Made by a program: the position numbers and the translations under genes. DNA of 64,000 bases. It comes from Microgenomates group bacterium GW2011_GWC1_46_15. Lineage in GTDB: Bacteria; Patescibacteriota; Microgenomatia; UBA1400; UBA12028. Below are positions 33,856-43,997 of the stretch, piece after piece. A model generated the notes under the pieces. The model saw only the letters and a list, made by a program, of their open reading frames with translations, did no database searches and was not told where the DNA came from. The stretch spans positions 6,885 through 70,884 of the forward strand of contig LCLX01000004.1 of the NCBI GenBank assembly GCA_001002285.1, written 5' to 3'. Each line of letters starts with the position of its first letter. Positions within the stretch are counted from its first letter, which is position 1.

Positions 33856-34203
33856 ATGGCAGTGGAAGCTCCAGGAGAATCACGAGTAGAGGTTCCAGAA
33901 ACCCTTCGGAATAGACAGTTTTTTCTCGCTCGTCCGGGAGTGTGCGCAGTGAAGTTACAAAACGGCCTGGTAGTTGAGTTGCCGGTTGGTGGAAAAATAA
34001 ACCCGGAACAATGGGGCGAATCGTTTGTTGAGTATGTGAATTTGGCATTGCTTGCTCTTGAAGCTCCAGGAAGATTTGCAAGAATGCAGGAATATACTGA
34101 TGGCAGAGTTTCGTTCCCCATAGCGCAGAATTGGTTCGGTTGGGGACGTGAAAGAATCGGAGCTAACGGGAGAATATTTACTCTATTTGGTTCATATCAT
34201 TAA
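33856..34203 (+). CDS. Orphan hypothetical protein
   Basis: TATAAT and AAAGGA upstream of MAVEAPGE; TAATG overlap with the Nudix gene. Confidence 0.6.
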   Translation: MAVEAPGESRVEVPETLRNRQFFLARPGVCAVKLQNGLVVELPVGGKINPEQWGESFVEYVNLALLALEAPGRFARMQEYTDGRVSFPIAQNWFGWGRERIGANGRIFTLFGSYH

Positions 34204-34652
34204 TGAAAAAAGTTCAAAGTATTGGTGTTGTTGTGTTTAATGGGGATGCCGTACTTTTGGTGCGCAGCGGTCCAACCGCATCTCATTTCGAAGGAAAAAA
34301 TGGGCTGCCGTCGGGAAAAGTTGAGCGCGATGAAACAAACGAGGAAGCGGCAGTTCGTGAACTCAGTGAAGAAACTGGACTTATCACTTCTATTGAAGAT
34401 CTTCATCCAATCAAAACCTTTACGGCAACCATAGAACAAAAACAGGGACCTGTCACGTTTGTTTGGCATACTTTTCTTTGCACAAAATATGAGGGAACAC
34501 TCAGCTCGTCAAAAGAAACAACTCCGTATTGGGTGAAGATAGGCGAACTTTCAAAAATTAAAAATCTTTTACCAAACATCGAAACGGCAGTGGAGCTTGC
34601 GAAATCTGTGACCCCATCCGGATTTACGACTCGCTTCGCTCGCATGCACTAG
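34203..34652 (+). CDS. Nudix hydrolase
   Basis: Nudix box G.VERDETNEEAAVRELSEETGL. Confidence 0.9.
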   Translation: MKKVQSIGVVVFNGDAVLLVRSGPTASHFEGKNGLPSGKVERDETNEEAAVRELSEETGLITSIEDLHPIKTFTATIEQKQGPVTFVWHTFLCTKYEGTLSSSKETTPYWVKIGELSKIKNLLPNIETAVELAKSVTPSGFTTRFARMH

Positions 34653-34773
34653 GCAGGCTCATTGCATTCGCTTGCCGTCGCGGACCTACGGTCATTCAAA
34701 GTCGTCTTGCGATCAATAGCTACAAAAAATTACCTTGTCGGTAATTTTTCATAGCTGTGACCCCATCCGGATT
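34606..34773. repeat. 19-bp direct repeat of the tRNA-Glu 3' end flanking a 130-bp insert (att-like)
   Basis: CTGTGACCCCATCCGGATT at 34606-34624 and 34755-34773. Confidence 0.8.
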
Positions 34774-34831
34774 CGAACCGGAGATCTTCAGGATGAAAAC
34801 CTGACGTCCTAGGCCACTAGACGATGGGGCC
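34758..34831 (-). tRNA. tRNA-Glu(TTC)
   Basis: GGCCCCA acceptor stem, TCAGG-TTTTCAT-CCTGA anticodon arm, GGTTCGAATCC; CCA not encoded. Confidence 0.95.
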
Positions 34832-34872
34832 GTTCACTTGCTTTTGCACTCACTGTACCACTCTTCACACTG

Positions 34873-34944
34873 TGAGCCCGGTGCGGATCGAACGCACGAC
34901 ACAGAGCTTAAAAGGCTCCTGCTCTACCACTGAGCTACGGGCCC
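34873..34944 (-). tRNA. tRNA-Lys(TTT)
   Basis: GGGCCCG, TAGCTCAGTGGTAGAGC, GAGC-CTTTTAA-GCTC, GTTCGATCC. Confidence 0.95.
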
Positions 34945-34984
34945 GTTCAGTACTCCATCTCTGGAGGAACGATACGATATTGTA

Positions 34985-35347
34985 TCATGCGCTCTCGATG
35001 TTTTGAATATGCGACACGACTTTTCCCCGAGCAACGCCGATTACGTCAAGCTGGACTGTTTTGAAGTGTACTCGCTGGCTATACAGGTCATGCAGAAGGA
35101 GTGCGATACACCGCCGCAACTTCAGTAATTTGAGTGGTGTTACCGCCAGTTCCGGCTCAATCTGCGAGAAGTATCCCTGCGATTTGACCTCCACGACAAC
35201 GAGCGCGCCGTCTTTTTCGGCAACAATATCAAGTTCTCCATACCGGAAATGAAGATTTGTTGCACGGATGGTATACCCGCGCTTCCGCAAATACTCGACG
35301 ACAATAGCTTCACCGCGTTTTCCGCGGTCAACAGTGTTTGAAATCAT
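34985..35347 (-). CDS. YraN family protein
   Basis: G..GE.....YL...GY.I...N.....GELDIVA.....LV.VEVK; follows rplS. Confidence 0.88.
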   Translation of the reverse strand: MISNTVDRGKRGEAIVVEYLRKRGYTIRATNLHFRYGELDIVAEKDGALVVVEVKSQGYFSQIEPELAVTPLKLLKLRRCIALLLHDLYSQRVHFKTVQLDVIGVARGKVVSHIQNIESA

Positions 35348-35353
35348 ACAAAG

Positions 35354-35707
35354 TTATGTAGTCGCAGGAGCTTCGGTCTCAAGGTTCTGCTTGATGTTTG
35401 TCGCGGTCTTTCCCACTCTTCCACGCAGGTAATGGAGCTTGGCCCGGCGCACTTTTCCAGCCTTTTTAAGTTCGATGTTCGCGATAAACGGCGCGTCAAC
35501 GGGGAAAATACGCTCAATACCAATGCTATCAGTCCCGATCTTGCGTACGGTAAACATTTTATTGGACTCTCTGTTGTCTACCGCGATCAAAATGCCCTCG
35601 AACACCTGGATACGGGTTTTGTCGCCCTCTTCTTTGATCGAGACGTGTACGCGAATCGTGTCGCCAACCGAAAACTCTTTGTCGTTGTATGTAAGATGGT
35701 TTGCCAT
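35354..35707 (-). CDS. rplS: 50S ribosomal protein L19
   Basis: F.VGDTIRVH, RIQVFEG, FTVRK...GIERIFP, GKVRRAKL.YLR. Confidence 0.97.
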   Translation of the reverse strand: MANHLTYNDKEFSVGDTIRVHVSIKEEGDKTRIQVFEGILIAVDNRESNKMFTVRKIGTDSIGIERIFPVDAPFIANIELKKAGKVRRAKLHYLRGRVGKTATNIKQNLETEAPATT

Positions 35708-35736
35708 AGGTTGGAATTGTAGCAGATCAGGCGAAT

Positions 35737-36333
35737 CTAGACAAGATTGTAAAATACAGCGATTTCGCGCGCGCTCATCCCAAGCGATGTAAGGTGCTTT
35801 TTGATGACTGTGTCGCTAATGTGTTGTTTTTTCCACGAACGCTTCAACAGGGTCATGGTCTCGCGGATTTCGTGCGGGAAAATGATCCATTCGCTCGAGT
35901 TAAACCCGTAGTAGTCGGGAACAAACGATGTCCAGCTTTTAATCGCGACCGTTGCAGTTTTTACTGTTTTTGCGCCATGCATCTTGATGTATTTTTTGGC
36001 AAGTACAAGCGTTTCACCGGAGTCCGCGACGTCGTCAAAAATCAAAATCCGCTCGTTTTGAATGGTAATGGGAAGCGACTGCGTAATAACCGGTGTTTTT
36101 TGTGTTGAAGCGATGCCGGTGTAAAAGGAAATTTGAATGGAACTCAACTCTTTAACGCCAAGATAGTCGCAGAGTGTGCGCGACCACGTGAGTCCGCCTT
36201 TGGCCAATGCAACCACGCGGTCAAACTTTTCCTTCTTTTTGATGATTTTTTCCGCAATTTGCAGTAACTGCTCGTTTGTTTCTTCCCAGCTTAGTGTTAA
36301 GTATTTTTGCCCATAAATCGTGTGTTTTTTCAT
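35737..36333 (-). CDS. Type I phosphoribosyltransferase (purine salvage-like)
   Basis: AKGGL, ILIFDDVADSGETL, WIIFP.E. Confidence 0.88.
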   Translation of the reverse strand: MKKHTIYGQKYLTLSWEETNEQLLQIAEKIIKKKEKFDRVVALAKGGLTWSRTLCDYLGVKELSSIQISFYTGIASTQKTPVITQSLPITIQNERILIFDDVADSGETLVLAKKYIKMHGAKTVKTATVAIKSWTSFVPDYYGFNSSEWIIFPHEIRETMTLLKRSWKKQHISDTVIKKHLTSLGMSAREIAVFYNLV

Positions 36334-37991
36334 GCTGATCTTTTTTTCTTTGATGCCCCCATAAACGCGACAAACATCGGATGCGGTTTGAGCGGGCGTG
36401 ATTTGTACTCCGGATGTCCCTGTGTACCAATAAAAAACGGGTGCATGGACGGCGGCAGTTCAATCATCTCAACCAAGTTTTCCTTGACTGATCTTCCGGA
36501 AATGACCAAGCCCGCTTTTTCCAGTTCCTCAGCGTACTCATCGTTAAACTCATATCTGTGCCGGTGCCGTTCGGAAATCAAGTCTTTACCGTAAATACTG
36601 TGCGCGAGCGTTCCGGGTTTGAGTTTGCACTCCCACGCGCCCAACCGCATCGTGCCACCGTACGCGCGGTTTTCCAAAATGCGCTTTTGTGTTGGAATCA
36701 TGTGCACAACAGGATGCGGACTGTGCGGATCAACTTCCTGCGACTGCGCGTCTTTCCACCCAAGCACGTTGCGGGCAAACTCAACGACTGCCAGCTGCAT
36801 GCCGTAGCACAAGCCCAAGTACGGAATTTTGTGTGTACGCGCGTACTCAATCGCGATAATTTTTCCTTCAACGCCACGGCTACCCCACCCGATGGGAACA
36901 ACAATGCCATCAAGTTCTTCCAGCACTTTTTTGACTTCCTCGCTTGCCATTTTTTCCAGTTTTTCGCTGTTAATCCAGTGAATTTCCGGTGTTACTTTGA
37001 CAGGAAGTGCGGCGTGTTGAATGGCGTCGTACAGCGCAGCATATGAGTCGCGAAGTTGATACTCACCGGTTGCCAAGTACTTGCCGATCACACCGATCTT
37101 GACCGATGGATGGTGCGCTTTCAGACTTTTAATCATGTTTTTCCACGGCGCAATAGCAAGCGATTTTGTGGGCAAATGGAGTGATTTCAGAATCTTTGCG
37201 TCAAACTTTTGATTCGCAAAAAGCAATGGCACTTCGTAGACAGACGGAACGTCGGGATTAGCGATAATATGATCGGGTTTCACGTTGCAAAACAGCGCGA
37301 ACCGTTCGCGACGGCGCTCATCTAACGGGGTTTCCGATCGTGCAACAATAAAATCCGGCTGAATGCCCATTGAGTTTAACCGCTGGACGGAAAGTTGTGT
37401 GGGTTTTGTTTTTGGCTCACCAATATGTGGCGGTGTTGGCAAGTAGCTCACGTGGATATGAATAACTTTTTCGTTGTTGCGGTATTCAAGAATGCGTGAC
37501 GCTTCGTAGTACAGCACGTTCAAGTACTCGCCCGCCGTTCCACCAAGCTCAGTAATAATGATTTCGGCGTTTTCGTTTTTGCCGGCTTCAGTAATACGAC
37601 GGATGATTTCGTCACACACATGGGGCATTTCTACATCCTCGCCGTTGTATCCAAACGCGCGCTCACGGTCAATCACGGTTTTGTAAATCTGGCCCATTGT
37701 GATGAAGTTGTTCCTGCTCATGTTTTGATCGAGGAACTTTTCGTATGTACCTAAGTCCATATCGGTTTCGGTACCGTCTTCGCACAAGAACGGATCGCCG
37801 TGTTCAATGGGGTTAATGAGACCGGAATCAATGTTGAGATAGTTTTCGCACTTCACGATTGTGACACGGTATCCACGCGCTTTGAGCAGAAAAGCAATCG
37901 AGGCCGTGGTAATGCCTTTGCCCAAAGAAGAGAGGACGCCACCGGAAACGAAGATAAACTTTGGAGAAAATGAAGACGTCTTTTGCGGCAT
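36330..37991 (-). CDS. pyrG: CTP synthase
   Basis: GGVLSSLGKG, KTKPTQ, LGLCYGMQ, ERHRHRYEFN, Q.HPEY. Confidence 0.98.
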   Translation of the reverse strand: MPQKTSSFSPKFIFVSGGVLSSLGKGITTASIAFLLKARGYRVTIVKCENYLNIDSGLINPIEHGDPFLCEDGTETDMDLGTYEKFLDQNMSRNNFITMGQIYKTVIDRERAFGYNGEDVEMPHVCDEIIRRITEAGKNENAEIIITELGGTAGEYLNVLYYEASRILEYRNNEKVIHIHVSYLPTPPHIGEPKTKPTQLSVQRLNSMGIQPDFIVARSETPLDERRRERFALFCNVKPDHIIANPDVPSVYEVPLLFANQKFDAKILKSLHLPTKSLAIAPWKNMIKSLKAHHPSVKIGVIGKYLATGEYQLRDSYAALYDAIQHAALPVKVTPEIHWINSEKLEKMASEEVKKVLEELDGIVVPIGWGSRGVEGKIIAIEYARTHKIPYLGLCYGMQLAVVEFARNVLGWKDAQSQEVDPHSPHPVVHMIPTQKRILENRAYGGTMRLGAWECKLKPGTLAHSIYGKDLISERHRHRYEFNDEYAEELEKAGLVISGRSVKENLVEMIELPPSMHPFFIGTQGHPEYKSRPLKPHPMFVAFMGASKKKRSA

Positions 37992-38050
37992 AGGCGATTA
38001 TACCGTATGAATCAAAGAGTTGACAAGGGGAAAATTATCAGAGATAAATA

Positions 38051-38392
38051 ATGGATATGTCCAGAACAGATCAAGGCTTTGATGGTGATGATGAGCCCGT
38101 GCTCGATCAATATGCTATTGCTGTAGAACAATATACCGAGATAAAAGCTCACATTTTTCATCTTTGGAATACGGTACCTCCAGTTGACGGCGATCACCAA
38201 GAACTTGCGCGTTTTCGGGAAGAGGTATTAAGGGTTTCCAATATCGTTATTCCCACCATAAGGGGTGAGTTACAAGTAGTAGATCCTTTGAGTTTGACCA
38301 AAATTCAACAAAATATTCGAACTGCAGCACTACATGATCTCGAGGTAATGAGTGAACAACTCTACAATCTTTTGCGATCCCTACCCAAGTAA
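38051..38392 (+). CDS. Orphan hypothetical helical protein
   Basis: 113-aa ORF; upstream TTGACA; 3' end overlaps the dnaE stop. Confidence 0.6.
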   Translation: MDMSRTDQGFDGDDEPVLDQYAIAVEQYTEIKAHIFHLWNTVPPVDGDHQELARFREEVLRVSNIVIPTIRGELQVVDPLSLTKIQQNIRTAALHDLEVMSEQLYNLLRSLPK

Positions 38393-41300
38393 TTTTTTCA
38401 CTTTTTCTTGCAGTTCCTCATCCCATTTCACTCCGTATGGCAGTTTCATCCGCTTTGGTTCCCCGCCGTTGGGAATAATCAAAATCATTGTGTTATCACC
38501 GGGATGCGCTTTTAATACCTTGCCCAGCTCGACCAACGTTTCTCTTGGTGTTCCGCGCGGAATTTCCAATTCTTTTGTATTGGCACCAGTTTGTGTGAGA
38601 TCTTCGTCAACATCGGGCGCTTTCACGACATCGGCAAAGAACGTTGGTTTTTCTTCACGCTCTTCTAACTTTCCCTTAATCAACACGATGGTATCTTTTT
38701 TCAAAAACTCTCTTGCTAACGAAAACGCCCGGGGGAACACCACGAACTCAATTGTTCCCGTTCCGTCATCCAACGTCCCAAATCCCATTTCACGGCCATC
38801 TTTTTTTGTGGTGACACCGCGCCATTGTGTGATGATCCCTCCGAGCCAAATCACCGTGTCGTGGTGTACACGCACATCAAGTTCGCGAATCGTTTTTGTT
38901 GCCGACTTTGAAACGGCTTTGAGTGCGGAGGCCATCGGATGCTCGGTTAAATAAAACCCAAGCAGTTCTTTTTCAAACGACAACAGTTCGGCCTGCGGGT
39001 ACTCCTTTATCTGCTTAAAGCTGTCCTTAATATCGTGGAGTTCTTTTGTTTTTCCACTACTAAAAAGATTTTCCTGCCCATCAACCCCGTTATCATATTT
39101 CTGTAGTTTTGTGCGAATATCGTCCAACTGCTCCAAAATACTCGCACGGTTGGAAAACTGGTCCATTGCGCCAACGCGTACAAGACACTCTAACACTTTT
39201 TTATTGACCCGCCGCGCATCTACACGGATCAAAAAGTCTGAGAAGCTTGAAAACTTCTTGTGTTTACGGGCTTCCAAAATGGCGTCAATCGCTGCCGTTC
39301 CCACGTTTTTAATTGCGGTAAACCCAAACCGAATTGCCTTATCTTCCAGCGACCTCTTATGTTCCTCAATCGAAAAACCACGCTGGGACATGTTAATATC
39401 GGGCGGGAACATCGCGATATTCATGCGTTTACACTCGTTGACACCTTGCGAAATCTTCTCCTCACGGTTTGCCGAGCCGGCAGCAGACTCAACCGACAAC
39501 AATGCAGTCATGTACTCCACAGGATACCGTACTTTCATGTACGCGGTTTGGTACGCGATCATGGCATACGACGCGGCATGCGCTTTGTTAAATCCATAGC
39601 CGGCAAATTTTTCAATATAGCTCCATACTTTTTCGGCAATTTCTTTTGTATATCCTTGTTTAACCGATCGCCGTACAAATTCGTTGCGCTGTTGGTCCAT
39701 GATCTCTTTTTTCTTTTTCCCAATCGCACGGCGTAAAATATCCGCTTCACCAAGCGAGTATCCCGCCATCACGTGCGCCACTTCCAACGCCTGCTCTTGG
39801 TACACCATGATGCCGTACGTTTCTTTTAATACGTGTTCAAGGTCTTTATGCGGATACACGATGCTACTCGGATGATGTTTGCCCTCGATAAAATCGTTGA
39901 TCAGATCCATTGGACCCGGGCGGTACAACGCAACCATAGCGGTAATATCGGAAAACGCCGAAGGTTTGAGCGTGCGGGCAACGCGCCGCATACCACCGGA
40001 CTCAAGCTGGAACACTCCCGTGGTTTCACCGCTGGAAAGAAGTTTATATACGTCTTTATCGTCAATGGGAATCGTGCTGAGGTCTATCGTTTTTTTCTGT
40101 GTCTGCTTCACAATCGCAACAGCCTCGCCAAGGATCGAAAGGTTGCGTAATCCCAAGAAGTCCATTTTCAGCAGGCCGATCGCATTATCGGCCACGTTGC
40201 GGTCAAGCGCCTTCATGTCGTACTGCGTAATAATTTTTCCCTCTTTTGCTTCGCGCTGAATTGGTGTGTACTCGGTCAATGGCTTGTCCGAGATCACGAT
40301 ACCTGCGGCGTGCACGCTTGAGTGCCGTACATTTCCTTCAACTTTCATCGCCAAATCAATCAGTTTTTGGAACTTCGCCTGTTTGTAGTACTCGCGGAGC
40401 TCCGGAACGGTATCCACAGATTGTTGAATGCCGAAGCCAAACGGAATGAGTTTGGCGATTTTGTCGGGGTCGCTGTACGGCATACCCAACGCACGGCCAA
40501 TATCGCGTATGGCGGCTCGAGCTTCCATCGTTCCAAATGTGATAATCTGCGCAACCTTATCCTCACCATATTTTTGCGTGACATAATGAATGACTTCGTC
40601 GCGACGAAGATCAGCAAAGTCCATATCAATATCCGGCGGCGTCGGACGTTCGGGGTTCATGAACCGCTCAAACGGCAATCCGTGCTGGAGTGGATTCATG
40701 TTTGTGATGTTCAGAGAGTACGCGGTAAGCGAGCCGGCGGCAGAGCCTCTTCCTGGGCCAACATAAATACCTTGATTCTTCGCCCAGTTTACAAAGTCCT
40801 GCACAATCAAAAAGTATGTTGAGAATCCTTTTTTCGTGATGATGTTCAATTCGTAGTCCAACCGTTTTTCTATGTCCGGTGTTACTTCTTTAAACCGTTT
40901 TTTCAATCCTTCGTGTGACATTTTTTTGAGAAGCGATTCGTATGTTTCGTTTTTTGGAAGTGGAAAGTCCGGCAGAATCCAGTTTCCAATGGGAATCTCT
41001 ACGTTGCACCGTTCGGCAATTTTCGCGGTATTTGCAATGGCGTCTGGATACTCAATGAACAACTGCTCCATTTCTTTTTGTGTGCGGAGGTAAAAATCCG
41101 GCGAGCTGTACATGGACAAGCGGTTTTTATCCGAAAGTATTTTCCGCATTTGAACCGCCAGCAACGCGTCTTGGGCTTCCGCATCGTCGGGATTTACATA
41201 GTGCACATCATTTGTGGCAACCAGCGGCAGTCCAAATTCGCGCGAAATTTTTGCCATTTCTTTGCGCATTTCCCCAACCTGTTTAATTTTTGGATGTGCC

Positions 41301-41833
41301 TGAATTTCAAGAAAAAAGTCATCACCAAAAAGATTTGCATATTTTTTAAGTTTTTCAACTGCTTCGTCGCGTTTGTTTTCCATAATCAGCTGGCTAAACT
41401 CGCTTTGCAGACAGCCAGATGTCACGATGATACCCTCGTGGTACTGTTTGAGCAGGTCAAAATCAATGCGGGGTTTGTACGAAAATCCTTCCAAATGTGC
41501 GACGGATACGAGTTTCATGAGATTTTTATACCCGGTGTAGTTTTTTGCTAGAAGGAGAAGGTGAAACTGGTCGGCGCCCATTCTTGGCTGTTTGTCTAAA
41601 TGCGAGTGTGTTGCGACATACGTTTCCACTCCAATGATTGGCTTAATCCCCTTTTCTTTAGCATAGTTATAAAAATGAATCGCACCGTACATGACGCCGT
41701 GATCGGTGATCGCGAGCGCTTTTTGGCCGTCAGCTTTTGCGCGTTCCAAAAGGGATGGGATTTTGCACAATCCATCGAGTAATGAGTACTCTGTATGGAC
41801 GTGAAGATGGGTAAAACTGTGTGAACTTGCCAT
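38381..41833 (-). CDS. dnaE: DNA polymerase III alpha subunit
   Basis: PHP motifs HLHVHTEYSLLDG, TDHG, NDVHY; GPGRGSAAGS, PDIDMD, KMDFLGL, YGFNKAH; OB fold. Confidence 0.99.
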   Translation of the reverse strand: MASSHSFTHLHVHTEYSLLDGLCKIPSLLERAKADGQKALAITDHGVMYGAIHFYNYAKEKGIKPIIGVETYVATHSHLDKQPRMGADQFHLLLLAKNYTGYKNLMKLVSVAHLEGFSYKPRIDFDLLKQYHEGIIVTSGCLQSEFSQLIMENKRDEAVEKLKKYANLFGDDFFLEIQAHPKIKQVGEMRKEMAKISREFGLPLVATNDVHYVNPDDAEAQDALLAVQMRKILSDKNRLSMYSSPDFYLRTQKEMEQLFIEYPDAIANTAKIAERCNVEIPIGNWILPDFPLPKNETYESLLKKMSHEGLKKRFKEVTPDIEKRLDYELNIITKKGFSTYFLIVQDFVNWAKNQGIYVGPGRGSAAGSLTAYSLNITNMNPLQHGLPFERFMNPERPTPPDIDMDFADLRRDEVIHYVTQKYGEDKVAQIITFGTMEARAAIRDIGRALGMPYSDPDKIAKLIPFGFGIQQSVDTVPELREYYKQAKFQKLIDLAMKVEGNVRHSSVHAAGIVISDKPLTEYTPIQREAKEGKIITQYDMKALDRNVADNAIGLLKMDFLGLRNLSILGEAVAIVKQTQKKTIDLSTIPIDDKDVYKLLSSGETTGVFQLESGGMRRVARTLKPSAFSDITAMVALYRPGPMDLINDFIEGKHHPSSIVYPHKDLEHVLKETYGIMVYQEQALEVAHVMAGYSLGEADILRRAIGKKKKEIMDQQRNEFVRRSVKQGYTKEIAEKVWSYIEKFAGYGFNKAHAASYAMIAYQTAYMKVRYPVEYMTALLSVESAAGSANREEKISQGVNECKRMNIAMFPPDINMSQRGFSIEEHKRSLEDKAIRFGFTAIKNVGTAAIDAILEARKHKKFSSFSDFLIRVDARRVNKKVLECLVRVGAMDQFSNRASILEQLDDIRTKLQKYDNGVDGQENLFSSGKTKELHDIKDSFKQIKEYPQAELLSFEKELLGFYLTEHPMASALKAVSKSATKTIRELDVRVHHDTVIWLGGIITQWRGVTTKKDGREMGFGTLDDGTGTIEFVVFPRAFSLAREFLKKDTIVLIKGKLEEREEKPTFFADVVKAPDVDEDLTQTGANTKELEIPRGTPRETLVELGKVLKAHPGDNTMILIIPNGGEPKRMKLPYGVKWDEELQEKVKKLLG

Positions 41834-41928
41834 GCTGGAGCTAGTGTAACGCAAAAAAGGCGAAGGGGGAAGGGAAAATGGAGTTTGGTGTATAATGGAC
41901 GCACGTATCAGTGATTTTTGGAGGAAGT

Positions 41929-42351
41929 ATGGTATTTAATCCAAGCGAAATGAAAGCGAAAACATATCCAGAAACGTCTGCAGATCAGGCGTATAGAGAA
42001 CTTCAAGATGTTTTGGCTGGACAAGCAGAACAGGCTCCGCCACAGGTGCGTAAAGCGCATGCCGATCGTGCAAAAACTTCGGGGCCTCATTATGTTCAAT
42101 TTAACGATAACCGATATTTTGCTCATCCGATTGGAGATTATGGCGTTTATGACCTCACTCAAAGGCGTGTTTTGAGTTTGAAAAAAGATTATGAAGTTAT
42201 TACGAATAGACCAAAGCGTATTAGTGTAAAGTATCGTGACCCTAAGACTGGTGAGTTAAAGATTGGGAATACGGGATACTTTATTCTTGTGCGAGATCTT
42301 CACGAAACACCTGGAAGTGTTGGAGAATTTTTAATGTTCTTTATGAGATAG
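41929..42351 (+). CDS. Orphan hypothetical protein
   Basis: TATAAT at 41891 and SD GGAGG. Confidence 0.65.
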   Translation: MVFNPSEMKAKTYPETSADQAYRELQDVLAGQAEQAPPQVRKAHADRAKTSGPHYVQFNDNRYFAHPIGDYGVYDLTQRRVLSLKKDYEVITNRPKRISVKYRDPKTGELKIGNTGYFILVRDLHETPGSVGEFLMFFMR

Positions 42352-42409
42352 TGTTTAGAGGCTGTGTTATAATGCGATATATTAACATTTTTTTCCCAAG
42401 GAGGATAGT

Positions 42410-42653
42410 ATGAGTGAAGCTGTTCGTGGTATAGCATTTGTCCTTGCCAACGCGGAGAAATCAATGCTTTCTCTTGCTCGTGATAATCGCGAAGCGATAG
42501 CAAGCGTATACTATACTTATTGAGGGTTATCGACGAACCATTTCTTCAACAACATTCTCACCTAAAGCAATGATCGCTGCTTTAGACGCAGAAATGGAGG
42601 ATCTGGGGTTTAAACCCGATCCAGCAACTGGAAATTATGTGAGATTTCGTTAG
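42410..42653 (+). pseudogene. Frameshifted small orphan gene
   Basis: TGTTATAAT and AAGGAGG; first frame stops at 42523; the +1 frame is open 42501-42653 and ends on the gatB stop. Confidence 0.45.
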
Positions 42654-43996
42654 TATTTCGATGAGAACATTCGTACAAGAATGCTTGAAAGCAACTTTGG
42701 ACTCACTTTCTTCCCCAACTTTTTACTTACCATGCCAATCAGGAATCCAATGACCTGTGTTTTTCCTGCTTTGTAATCCGCAACTGCTTTTGGTTGCTCT
42801 TCTAAAACCGCGGAAACGGCTGACTCTAACTCTTTTGGATCAACTTCGTCTTTTGTATATGTATTTGCCAATATTTCTAACACATGTTCCGTTTTAACCT
42901 GACGGATATCTAATTTTCTGTTGATAATCACGCTGGCAACTTGATTTGGCTCAAATCCTTTTCCTTTGGCGGCAGTAAACAATGTTTCCAGTGTTGATAA
43001 GGGGAACTCTGAACTACTGAGTAGCTGTGCAAACTCCGGTTTTATTCCCAAATCTTCGAGTTTTTTAATTTTTTCTTCTGGCAACATCGGCAGTTCTGCG
43101 CGTAGTTTTTCAACATATTTTGCATCAAACGTCATGGGTGGCAAATCAGGATCCGGAAAGTACCGATAGTCTTCTGCGTTCTCTTTTGACCGCTGAACAA
43201 TTGTTGTTCTTTTTTCCTCGTTCCATCCGCGCGTTTCCTGAGCGGGGATTTTTTTATCGTTCAACAACGCATCTTGCCGTGCAATCTCAAACGTAATTGC
43301 GTGTTCAAGAAAACGAAACGAATTGATATTTTTGACTTCGACTTTGTAGTTCGGCAGAACATTTGGATCATCGGCCAAAGAAATATTAGCCTCCAACCGC
43401 ATTGAGCCTTTTTCCATGTCGGCATCAGAAATTTCGAGTGTGCGGACAATTTCGTGGATTTGTTTCGCGTATGCCTTTGCATGTTCAGCAGAGTGAATAT
43501 CCGGCTCAGTCACAATTTCCACTAACGGTACACCAGAACGGTTGAAATCAATCAATGACACACGCTTACCATCAATCGTCGTGTGCTGAAGTTTTCCCGT
43601 ATCCTCTTCCAAATGCACGCGATGAATACGCACATCGCCAAGTTCAGTATGGACAACGCCGTTTTCGCACAACGGCTGATCGTACTGCGAAATCTGATAT
43701 CCTTTCGCAAGATCAGGGTAAAAATAGTGCTTCCGGTCGAACTTACTAAACAACGCAACCTTGCATCCCAGAGCGAGCCCGAGCTTGATTGTCCACTCAA
43801 CGGCTTTTTTATTCGCCACCGGCAAACCACCAGGCATTCCTAAACACACGGGGCACGTGTATGTATTGGGCGCGGGCGCGTGGAACGGGTCGTTGGCACA
43901 TCCACAAAACATTTTGGATGCCGTTTTTAACTCAACGTGAACTTCCATGCCGATGATTGGTGTACGCCTTGTGTGTTTTTGTGTTGGTTCAGCCAT
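42650..43996 (-). CDS. gatB: Asp/Glu-tRNA amidotransferase subunit B
   Basis: [53 protein letters not shown]. Confidence 0.98.
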   Translation of the reverse strand: MAEPTQKHTRRTPIIGMEVHVELKTASKMFCGCANDPFHAPAPNTYTCPVCLGMPGGLPVANKKAVEWTIKLGLALGCKVALFSKFDRKHYFYPDLAKGYQISQYDQPLCENGVVHTELGDVRIHRVHLEEDTGKLQHTTIDGKRVSLIDFNRSGVPLVEIVTEPDIHSAEHAKAYAKQIHEIVRTLEISDADMEKGSMRLEANISLADDPNVLPNYKVEVKNINSFRFLEHAITFEIARQDALLNDKKIPAQETRGWNEEKRTTIVQRSKENAEDYRYFPDPDLPPMTFDAKYVEKLRAELPMLPEEKIKKLEDLGIKPEFAQLLSSSEFPLSTLETLFTAAKGKGFEPNQVASVIINRKLDIRQVKTEHVLEILANTYTKDEVDPKELESAVSAVLEEQPKAVADYKAGKTQVIGFLIGMVSKKLGKKVSPKLLSSILVRMFSSKY

Positions 43997-43997
43997 A

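Noticed and set aside
38381-41833. Intein or intron in dnaE
   Set aside because: Normal length and contiguous motifs
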